Assembly: GCA_029269845.2 (NCBI GenBank)
Contig: CP149973.1
Span: forward strand, 2,100,001 to 2,132,000
Direction: 5' to 3'
From: Opitutia bacterium KCR 482
GTDB taxonomy: Bacteria; Verrucomicrobiota; Verrucomicrobiia; Opitutales; Intestinicryptomonadaceae
Length of the DNA: 32,000 nucleotides
Within the stretch, counting starts at the first letter, position 1, and each line of letters starts with the position of its first letter. The translations under genes were made by a program, and so were the position numbers. The notes under the pieces are model-generated. The model made no database searches. It was not told the origin of the DNA and saw nothing but the letters and a program-made list of their open reading frames with translations. Below are positions 23,827 through 31,348 of the stretch, piece after piece.

Positions 23827-25899
23827 ATGAAACAAAACATTCCCAATCTAAAACGAAGAGCGACCGCATTTGTTTCGACATTGTCCGCCGTGTTGGCGTG
23901 CGGATTGGCTGGCTGCGCGTCGGAACAGAACAATCAGGAAGCCCAAACGCCTGCGGAGGCGCAAAAAACCGAGGTTGTTTGCGTTTATTATCCGCACTGG
24001 CACGTTTATCCCGAAGGCGAAAAGTGGTTCGGCAAGAACTGGACCGAATGGGAATTTGTCAAGACCGCAATCCCGCGCTTCAAGGGGCACAAGCAGCCGA
24101 TGAAGCCGCTGATGGGCTATTTGGACGGAAAGTCGCCCGACGACCTCGCAAAGGAAATCGAGCTTGCCTCGAACAGCGGCATCGACGTGTTTTTGTACGA
24201 CTGGTACTTCTACGGCGACGGCATTCAGACGATGTCGGAGTCGCTCGAACAGGGCTTCCTGAAAGCTCCCAACAGCGGCAAAATGAAGTTCGCCATCATG
24301 TGGTGCTACCACGACCGCCGCAATGCCTTCCGCCCCGAATACGGCAAGCCGCGCCAGATGTTGCAGCCGCTCTCGCGCACTCCGCAAGAGTTCCTGAACG
24401 CCGTTGAATACTGCGCGAAAAACTATTTCACAAAGCCCAACTATTGGCATGTAGACGGCAAGCCGTATTTTTCGATTTTTGCGGCGGCGCAATTCATGTC
24501 CGACATGGGCGGCGCGGAAAAAACGCGCGAGCTTCTGAAAAAAGCCGACGCCGTTTCCGTAAAATATTGCGGCAAGCCAGTGCACTGGTCGGGAATGGTC
24601 TTCGGCAGAAAGAATTTCGACGACTACGCGGCGGCGCAGTTCGATTCGCTCAGCAACTACAACGTCAATCCGAGCGCGATTCCCGATTTCAGAAAGTACG
24701 CCGCAAAACGCCGGTGGGTCTTCGAATATTCGCAGATGGCGGACGCCCACAGGCTCACTTGGGACTACTACGCGAACACCCCGATGAAATTTATCCCCGT
24801 TGCGACAAGCGGCTGGGACAGCTCGCCGCGCTGCCGCGCCGATGTCGAATTTCCGTGGAAAAAGGCGGAATACCCGTACGGGACAATCGCGACGAACAAT
24901 ACGGGAGACAAGTTCGAAGCGCTTTTGCGCGACGCCAAAGCCTTTACCGAAAAGTCGCAAAAATCGCCCCGCGCCGTTTTGATTAACGGCTGGAACGAAT
25001 ACACCGAAGGCTCGTTCCTGATTCCCACACTGCGCGACGGCGACTCAATGCTCCGCGCCGTCGCCGCGGTTTTCGGACGCCGCCCCGCCGACAAATACGT
25101 TTTCGGCGACATGGCGACCCGAAAGCTCTGTTCCGCGCCCGCCGCCACGTTTGAAAACCTCTCCTACGGAACGCACGCAAAGAACAAGCTCGACGTGTGG
25201 CTGCCCAAAAACGCGTCGGCAAAAACGCCCGCAGTTATCTACTTCCACGGCGGCGGCTGGGCTTCAGGCTCGACGGTTGACCGCAGGATTGCGGAGCAAA
25301 TTCCCGCGCTGCTCTCGCGCGGCGTAGCCGTTGTTTGCGCCGACTACCGCTTCATTCAGGACGCCGTAGATTCCGACATTTTCCCGCCCGTTTCCGCGCC
25401 GCTTTCCGACGCCGTTTTGGCTGTCGAATTTGTCAAGGCAAACGCCGCAAAGTGGAACATCGACGCTTCTAAAATCGGCTTGGCGGGCGGCTCTGCGGGC
25501 GCGTGCTCCGCGCTGTACGCCGCGCTTTCGGGCAAGGCGGACGTAGCGTTCGTGGCGGCGTCTGTTCCGCAGACTTCGCTCGACCCCGCGCAAATGCGCT
25601 CGTGGATTCCCGAAATCAAATACGGAGCGTCCGCGTTCGGTTTTGCCGACTTCGACGCTTGGCTCAAAAACCGCGCCTCCGTCGAAAAATACATAGCGCA
25701 GTATTCGCCTGCGGCTCTCGTGCCGAGTGCCGCCGCCCGCAAGACAAAGACGGAGTTCTTCCTCTTCTACCCGAACGAAAAGCTCGACGCGCCGCATTCT
25801 GAAAAGTTCGGCGAAAACTTCGAAAGAATCTGCAAATCAAACGGCGTGTCATGCAAAGTCGTTCGCGGAGGGTTCGACATTTCCTCCTGCCTGAAATAG
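23827..25899 (+). CDS. Lipoprotein fusing an N-terminal WbsX-like (PF14307-type, GH99-like TIM barrel) domain to a C-terminal HSL-family alpha/beta-hydrolase esterase
   Basis: 690 aa. Lipobox LACGLAGC. N-terminal half: VYYPHWHVYPEGEKWFGKNWTEWEFV, GHKQP and GIDVFLYDWYFY match the WbsX-family signature. C-terminal half: IYFHGGGWASGS (HGGG oxyanion motif) and GLAGGSAGA (GxSxG). Confidence 0.7.
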   Translation: MKQNIPNLKRRATAFVSTLSAVLACGLAGCASEQNNQEAQTPAEAQKTEVVCVYYPHWHVYPEGEKWFGKNWTEWEFVKTAIPRFKGHKQPMKPLMGYLDGKSPDDLAKEIELASNSGIDVFLYDWYFYGDGIQTMSESLEQGFLKAPNSGKMKFAIMWCYHDRRNAFRPEYGKPRQMLQPLSRTPQEFLNAVEYCAKNYFTKPNYWHVDGKPYFSIFAAAQFMSDMGGAEKTRELLKKADAVSVKYCGKPVHWSGMVFGRKNFDDYAAAQFDSLSNYNVNPSAIPDFRKYAAKRRWVFEYSQMADAHRLTWDYYANTPMKFIPVATSGWDSSPRCRADVEFPWKKAEYPYGTIATNNTGDKFEALLRDAKAFTEKSQKSPRAVLINGWNEYTEGSFLIPTLRDGDSMLRAVAAVFGRRPADKYVFGDMATRKLCSAPAATFENLSYGTHAKNKLDVWLPKNASAKTPAVIYFHGGGWASGSTVDRRIAEQIPALLSRGVAVVCADYRFIQDAVDSDIFPPVSAPLSDAVLAVEFVKANAAKWNIDASKIGLAGGSAGACSALYAALSGKADVAFVAASVPQTSLDPAQMRSWIPEIKYGASAFGFADFDAWLKNRASVEKYIAQYSPAALVPSAAARKTKTEFFLFYPNEKLDAPHSEKFGENFERICKSNGVSCKVVRGGFDISSCLK

Positions 25900-25953
25900 G
25901 GCGGCGAATGCCGAATTTACGCCGACAGTTTTAGTTTGAATAAACGAAAAAAG

Positions 25954-25988
25954 CGGAATTGCCCAATGCGGCAGTTCCGTTTTTTTTG
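25954..25988 (+). terminator. Intrinsic terminator downstream of the WbsX-esterase gene
   Basis: 10-bp stem at 25954-25963 / 25970-25979 (one G-U pair) with a 6-nt loop, followed by an 8-T run. Confidence 0.7.
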
Positions 25989-26102
25989 CCTCAGACGAAA
26001 CGCCCGCAAGCGCGTTTCTTGCGGCGCGGTTATTCCTCCGTTCCCGCAAAATAAGTTGCGAGTGTTGAAAATCTTAGCATGCCTTGCATGCAAAAACAAA
26101 AA

Positions 26103-26127
26103 AAACGCCGAATTGTTTTCGGCGTTT
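26103..26127 (-). terminator. Intrinsic (potentially bidirectional) terminator downstream of the isomerase-like gene
   Basis: Perfect 10-bp stem aaacgccgaa / ttcggcgttt with a 5-nt loop. An A-run lies upstream (a T-run on the minus strand). It sits 32 nt after the stop at 26159. Confidence 0.7.
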
Positions 26128-26158
26128 GCGTGCGGAATTTCCTTTGCGGAAATGCGTA

Positions 26159-27685
26159 TTATTTGTACTGGTCGGTCACGACAACGCATTCGATGCCGAG
26201 CGACTTCGCGACTTTCGAGATTTCGTCGGCGTGGTGTCCGATGCCGAGCGCAAAGTGGTGCGTCGGGCCTTCCATGCACCAGTTGCGCAGGAATGTGCGC
26301 ACGTCGGGCTTGAATTTGCCGTGGGTGTTTGTGTTGCCCGTCGGCGGCACGTCGCCCGCCGTCGATTCGCCCTCGGCGACGACGAACTTGAACGAGCCGT
26401 CGGCCTTGACGCCGATTGAAAGCAGGGTTATAGGGCCTTCCTTGATTTTGAATTCCACGCCCGCACCTGCGCCGGGTTTGCCGTGGTATTTTTTGAGCGA
26501 GCGCAAAACGGGCTTGCCGTCGGCGATGTTGATGTGGTGGGGGCCGTCGTGCCCGACCAAAATGGTGTCGCGGGCGAAATCGACGGGGTGGAACTCCGCG
26601 AAGCTGCCGCCGATGTCGAGGCGGTCCATAATCATCATCGCGATGCAGTTTTTAAGGTCGAATTCGCCGCACATCGGGAATCCCGCGGCGGTAAGAAGCG
26701 AATTGCCGACGATGAAGTTCGTCACCAAGCGGCGCATTTCAGTGTTCGGCAGGGCTTCGTAGTAGTAGGCGAAGCCGTCGAGATTGCGCTCGGCGGCGAA
26801 CTTTTCGAGGGCGACTGCCGCGCGCGCTGCGGTGTCGAGGTCGGCGTCGGTGAGCTTTGTCGTAATCGGGTCGGAGACGGGGTTCGGGGTGTCGAAGAAC
26901 GAGAGTATGCGCTTTTTCATGGCTTCGACTGCGGGGGCGTCCTCTTCGAGGAAGTGTTTGAGGATTTCGTCAGGCTCGCAAAGCGCGACGTGGCAGCCGA
27001 AGGTGCGGGCGACGGCGGTCGGGTCTGCCTGCATGTCGTACATGTTTTCGAGGGCGTGCCCCATCAAGCCGATTCTCGCGCGGCGCAGGTCGTGCAAAAC
27101 TTTTGCCACGTTGCACCACTTGGCGATTTCCTTGTCGGCGCGTTCGTCGCCGTTGCGCTTGCCGATGATTACGTCGGCTACGGGATTGCCGAGGCGGATT
27201 GCGACGTCGGTAAATTCGGGCACGGCGCAGATGTCGTCGTTGCAGAGCTGAATGAAGGTCGTCGCCTTTTTGTAGGGCATTGCGTCGGCGGGCTGGAGCG
27301 CGACGAGCACAATCGGGATTTTCAGCTCGCGGGCAATCGGCATGAATGTTGACGACGTCGCGTAGGTTACCATATCGACAAAGAGAATGTCCAAGTCGGC
27401 GGCGCGCATTTTTTCGAGAGCCTTGCGGGCTTCGGCGGCGTTGTCTACCAGCCCGAAGTCGAAGGTCTTGACGCCGTTTTTATCGACCTTTCCCTTGAAA
27501 GTCGCAAGCTTGTCAATCATCACGTCGCGCAGACCGTCAAACTGCTTCCAGTAGGTGTCAAGCCCGACGCCGACAATGCCGACATTTGCGGTAAGGGGCT
27601 TGCGACGCGGAATTATTTTGTTGGCTTCCGCCGCCGTAGCCGCAACCGAGGCGAACAGAAGAATCAGTGCTATCAGTTTTTTCAT
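26159..27685 (-). CDS. L-arabinose isomerase / L-fucose isomerase superfamily protein carrying an N-terminal Sec signal peptide
   Basis: 508 aa. MKKLIALILLFASVAATAAEA is a signal peptide. Collinear by eye with E. coli AraA (from memory): GEFDL vs GEGDW, SFAEFH vs SFMEDY, VGHDGPH vs GSHMLE, GPTHHFALGIGHHADEISKVAKSLGIECVVV vs [31 protein letters not shown]. Confidence 0.65.
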   Translation of the reverse strand: MKKLIALILLFASVAATAAEANKIIPRRKPLTANVGIVGVGLDTYWKQFDGLRDVMIDKLATFKGKVDKNGVKTFDFGLVDNAAEARKALEKMRAADLDILFVDMVTYATSSTFMPIARELKIPIVLVALQPADAMPYKKATTFIQLCNDDICAVPEFTDVAIRLGNPVADVIIGKRNGDERADKEIAKWCNVAKVLHDLRRARIGLMGHALENMYDMQADPTAVARTFGCHVALCEPDEILKHFLEEDAPAVEAMKKRILSFFDTPNPVSDPITTKLTDADLDTAARAAVALEKFAAERNLDGFAYYYEALPNTEMRRLVTNFIVGNSLLTAAGFPMCGEFDLKNCIAMMIMDRLDIGGSFAEFHPVDFARDTILVGHDGPHHINIADGKPVLRSLKKYHGKPGAGAGVEFKIKEGPITLLSIGVKADGSFKFVVAEGESTAGDVPPTGNTNTHGKFKPDVRTFLRNWCMEGPTHHFALGIGHHADEISKVAKSLGIECVVVTDQYK

Positions 27686-27921
27686 TTTTGTGTATGCTTT
27701 GTTGTGAGTTGAAATATTTGGGTTTTTGATAGAAAGTTAGTGCCCGAACCCACAAATGTCAACACGAAATATCGATTGAGGTTTGAAATTTTTGCGTCCT
27801 CAATCGCATGAGTGAATTTTGGCGGGCGCGGACGCGCGGCTTGTACGCGGGGCATTCAAACGCAAAGAGCGCATTTTCGGGCGCGTTTCGAAAATTTGCT
27901 TTATTTCGTCCGCTTTTTGCC

Positions 27922-27951
27922 TTTTGCGATTTTTTCTGTTGCCGCCGCTTT
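27922..27951. promoter_or_regulatory. 30-bp conserved intergenic motif, copy 2, 64-93 nt upstream of the AraC-family gene
   Basis: ttttgcgAttttttctgttgccgccgcttt, 29/30 identical to 22035-22064. It lies in the divergent region between the isomerase-like gene and the AraC gene. Confidence 0.35.
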
Positions 27952-28014
27952 GAAAATGTTTTTTGATATGTCCAGACAAAACGGGTATCCCGACAAACTC
28001 CGTTTTCGACACGC

Positions 28015-28971
28015 ATGAAACAGAAAATCACACCGCACGAAAAATACATTTGGCAGATTTTTGACGACAACCAGCTGCGTCTCCTGCCCAAGGGCAACAA
28101 GGTAAGCTATTTCTCAAACAATAGCAGTACCCGATACATGCCGTCGAACCTCATCAACAGCGGTACGCACACAATCACCGTCCCCGAAAACCTCCCGACC
28201 GACATCTTGGCGAAGCGCGGCATTGTCTCAGGCGGTTTTGCCGAGCACACAAAGGGCTACTACCACTCGCGCAAAAACAAAAAATTTACCGACGTGCTGT
28301 GCGTCGTGCGCGGCGTGCTGTCGGTCAAATACGACGGCAAAAAGTACAAGCTCCGCAAGGGCGAGTGTCTCGTAATTCCGCCGAACAGGCTTTGCGACTC
28401 ATACATCGAAGTTCCAAAGTCCAACCTCTTTTGGATGCACTTCAAAAACAACGCCTACTGGAACGGCATTTTCGGCAGCGAAATTTTGATAAAGCCGCTC
28501 GCGCGTTTCGACGACATTCACTCGGTCATGCACGTCTATCTCAACGAAGTCTACGGCAAGCACCGCTCGATGCTGATTCTCGAATCTCTTGCCGACACGC
28601 TCGCGGAGCTTATAAAGAACGAGTTTGCGGCGAACTGCCGCTCGACGAAAAAGGAAATCGAGGACAAGCTTGCGGAAATGCTCACGGAAGTTGAGCGGAA
28701 TCCAGAGGCGGATTGGAAGTCGGCGGAGGTTGCGAGGCGGTTTTGCATTTCGATAAAACAGCTTGACGAATTTTGTCTCACTTATGCGGCGCAGACGTTT
28801 TCCAAGTTCGTGTTGAAAACAAGAATGAAGATTGCAAAGGAAATTTTGAAGTCTGATTCGCTGACTTTGGAGGAGATTGCGAAAAGAGTGGGGTATGGGA
28901 CGCCGTATTCGTTCTCGCGCGTCTTCAAAAGCTACTATGGAGTGTCGCCCCGCCATTTTAACGGCGCGTGA
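28015..28971 (+). CDS. AraC/XylS-family transcriptional regulator (cupin-like sensor plus C-terminal HTH)
   Basis: 318 aa. The C-terminal EEIAKRVGYGTPYSFSRVFKSYYGVSPRHF is the canonical AraC second HTH. The N-terminal GECLVIPPN resembles a cupin motif. Confidence 0.85.
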   Translation: MKQKITPHEKYIWQIFDDNQLRLLPKGNKVSYFSNNSSTRYMPSNLINSGTHTITVPENLPTDILAKRGIVSGGFAEHTKGYYHSRKNKKFTDVLCVVRGVLSVKYDGKKYKLRKGECLVIPPNRLCDSYIEVPKSNLFWMHFKNNAYWNGIFGSEILIKPLARFDDIHSVMHVYLNEVYGKHRSMLILESLADTLAELIKNEFAANCRSTKKEIEDKLAEMLTEVERNPEADWKSAEVARRFCISIKQLDEFCLTYAAQTFSKFVLKTRMKIAKEILKSDSLTLEEIAKRVGYGTPYSFSRVFKSYYGVSPRHFNGA

Positions 28972-29089
28972 AAGCACCAGTCTAAGGGCGTTTCACGCGC
29001 GCCCCAGACCGCTTACATACGCCAAGTATGCTACGCGCCCTGTGTCGCGCGTAAAGCCGCCCTTATACTGGCACTTTGACGCGCCTAAA
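28961..29089 (+). repeat. 129-nt long imperfect hairpin element, copy R1; it begins within the last three codons of the AraC gene
   Basis: Aligns without gaps to 29095-29223 (about 99/129 identical). It folds as a three-segment hairpin: outer ggcgcgt...acgcgcc, middle acgcgcg/cgcgcgt, apical catac-gccaa-gtatg. Confidence 0.85.
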
Positions 29090-29094
29090 ATTAC

Positions 29095-29223
29095 ACGGCG
29101 CGTGAAAGCACTTCCCTAAGGGCGTTTCCCTGTACGCCCAGACCGCTCGCGTACGTCAAGTACGCCACGCGCCCTGTTCGTACAGGAAAGCCACCCTTAT
29201 GAAAGCACTTTGACGCGCCTAAA
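29095..29223 (+). repeat. 129-nt long imperfect hairpin element, copy R2 (tandem, 5-nt spacer)
   Basis: Same architecture as R1: middle stem cctgtacg/cgtacagg, apical cgtac-gtcaa-gtacg. The differences from R1 are concentrated in paired positions and are compensatory. Confidence 0.85.
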
Positions 29224-29387
29224 TAGTGAGCGCGGAGCGCGGAAGATTTTAAAATGCGCTGGGATAAAAGTTGGGTAGGGGCGTTTTGCGAGCCGATTTA
29301 TGTTTGCGGAAATCCGCGTTTGCCATGCGCCTTGCGCATGTGTGAGAGCTATTCTCTAAGCGGCGTTTTGATGTTCTCAAATGGGTG

Positions 29388-31019
29388 TTATTTTGAGTTG
29401 TCTATGAAAATTTCGGGGTATTTTTTGATAAAGTATGCGGGGGTACAGCTCCATGCGTGGCATGCGCTGTTTACGGGGAAGAAGCCGTAAGGCGAGAGAA
29501 AATCGTTATTCGGGTCGTAGGCTTCCCAAAATGTATCGGCCCCCTTTTTTATCATCGAGCCCCAGTAGTTTATCAGATATTCTTTTGCCTCTTTTTTCAT
29601 GCCGCAGGCAATCATTGCCTCTATCAGAAAGTGTGTGGCGTAGGGTGTTCCGATTTTAACGGACTTTTCATCGGCCAACGCGTTTTTTATTGCGGTTTGC
29701 TGCATTTGTCTTGTGCCCACATTCGCAATCGTGAACCAAACTTGCGACAATATCGAGACCTGTCCGCTCGGACAAACGAAGACATTGCGTTTTTTGTCGA
29801 ACAGATTTTTCAGTGAAGCTTCCTTCATTTGCCGTTCTATCGTTTCCCAATTTTCGCTACTTTCGCCGAGCATTTCCGCAAGTTGTCTTGTTTGAGACAA
29901 TGCAAAAATCGTAGCCGCCTGCATGCAGGCTGTGGTGTCCAAGCCGTTGCGCCAGTCGAAGAACCGCCAAGCCCTTTTTTGGGTGTCGTGCATTGCGCCT
30001 TTGTTTACATATTCCAGCGACAATTCGATTTGCCTTTTCGCGACTTGCCACAAGTCCCGCGCAGTTTCGTAATCGTTTGTGTCTTTCAGGTATTCGAGAA
30101 GTGTGCTGTTAAACAGCAAACTGTACGATATGCAGTTCGATTTTTGCGGGTGGGGGAACGGCTCTTCAAAACAGCACGGGTATACGAAGCCGTTTTTGCC
30201 TGAAATTGCCGCAAACAGATACAAACATCTCTTGGTGAGCTTGAAATTCTTGAACGTTTTTGCGTTTGCGAGAGATTCCAAATACAAATCGCCAAGCCAG
30301 AGGCGTTTGTCGCGCTTGGGGCCGTCTTCGTAAACGGTTTGCATGCATTCGGAAAGCGTCTTTAACGCAACTTTGTATATGTCTGCAATTTCTTTTGACG
30401 CCGATTTCGGCAATGTATCGGGAACATTGCTTGCCGATGTTTGGGCAACAACAAACATATCGTCTATCGCAAAATCGAATCCGGAGTATCCCAAAAGTTC
30501 TATTTTTAGGTATCTGAATGAAACTCTGCGCGGGATTGTAAACGACTTGCCCATTTCGGTCAAAGTTATCGTTTCGTCTTGCATCCATGCGCGGGAGAGC
30601 GCGCCCTTCCACGGGTCTAACGGCGTATTCAGTTCGGCGGGGAGTTCGCCGAAAAAGAATTTAATTCTTACGGGCGCGTCCGCGGGAGTGTTGAAGAGTT
30701 TTGTTTTAAACGTAAAATAGCCCGTGTAATGGTCTCCGAAATCGAGCGTGATGGTCTTGATTTTTCGGAAATCCGTCTTGTACAAGTCTTCGATTTTCCG
30801 CCCGCTTTTTACGAATTTAATTCCCTGAAATGCCGAAGAATCTTTTTGCGGTTCTACGACGAATTTGGGGCGCACCGTTTTGTGGGTTAGCTCGGGTTTT
30901 AAACTTTCCGCCTTTTGCAACCAATCGTTGCGTTGCTTGCCGAAATAGTCGGCCTGTGTTTCCGAAGCATTTAAAATTCCGATACAAACAAAAGATAAGA
31001 CAATCCCAATTAGTTTCAT
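29388..31019 (-). CDS. Secreted (alpha/alpha)6 six-hairpin glycoside hydrolase, GH78 (alpha-L-rhamnosidase)-like
   Basis: 543 aa. Signal peptide MKLIGIVLSFVCIGILNA. DGPKRDKRLWLGDLYLE resembles the GH78 motif D-x-P-x-RDER-x-GW-x-GD. C-terminal WEAYDP...SACHAWSCTPAYF resembles the six-hairpin C-terminal motif. Specificity is uncertain. Confidence 0.55.
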   Translation of the reverse strand: MKLIGIVLSFVCIGILNASETQADYFGKQRNDWLQKAESLKPELTHKTVRPKFVVEPQKDSSAFQGIKFVKSGRKIEDLYKTDFRKIKTITLDFGDHYTGYFTFKTKLFNTPADAPVRIKFFFGELPAELNTPLDPWKGALSRAWMQDETITLTEMGKSFTIPRRVSFRYLKIELLGYSGFDFAIDDMFVVAQTSASNVPDTLPKSASKEIADIYKVALKTLSECMQTVYEDGPKRDKRLWLGDLYLESLANAKTFKNFKLTKRCLYLFAAISGKNGFVYPCCFEEPFPHPQKSNCISYSLLFNSTLLEYLKDTNDYETARDLWQVAKRQIELSLEYVNKGAMHDTQKRAWRFFDWRNGLDTTACMQAATIFALSQTRQLAEMLGESSENWETIERQMKEASLKNLFDKKRNVFVCPSGQVSILSQVWFTIANVGTRQMQQTAIKNALADEKSVKIGTPYATHFLIEAMIACGMKKEAKEYLINYWGSMIKKGADTFWEAYDPNNDFLSPYGFFPVNSACHAWSCTPAYFIKKYPEIFIDNSK

Positions 31020-31156
31020 ATTGACTACAAACTATCGGAAAGCGGATTGCTTTCAAGGAAATTTTCAATATCCCTAAACGCACATTTCTGGATTATAGTT
31101 GGACATTTTTGATTATACTTCAAACGGAATAAAGCGCGGTTCTCCATCGCAAAAAA

Positions 31157-31184
31157 AAAGACATTACTTGTTCGTAATGTCTTT
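31157..31184 (-). terminator. Intrinsic terminator (bidirectional-looking) downstream of the platform-protein gene
   Basis: Perfect 11-bp stem aaagacattac / gtaatgtcttt with a 6-nt loop. A 9-A run lies upstream (a T-run on the minus strand) and TT lies downstream. Confidence 0.75.
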
Positions 31185-31215
31185 TTGAGCTCGTAGTTTG
31201 AGACTGTGGGACTCG

Positions 31216-31348
31216 TGATTTGGCGTAATGATTTTGCCGCTAAAAAGGCGGCGCAAGGTTGGCGGCGGGGCGCAGCGTACTTGTGTACGTAAGCGTCGCC
31301 GAACGACCGCAGCGACGCCTTTTTAGCCCAAAAGCATTCGCCAAATCA
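31216..31348 (-). repeat. About 133-nt long imperfect hairpin element abutting the stop codon of the platform-protein gene; a diverged relative of R1/R2
   Basis: Arms tgatttggcgtaatgattttgccgctaaaaaggcg (31216-31250) and cgcctttttagcccaaaagcattcgccaaatca (31316-31348) are near-complementary. Apical hairpin cgtac-ttgt-gtacg at 31276-31289. Confidence 0.7.

Noticed and set aside
28961-29223. Possible CRISPR array
   Set aside because: There are only two units, each 129 nt long and internally palindromic, separated by 5 nt with no spacers. No cas genes are present in the window.
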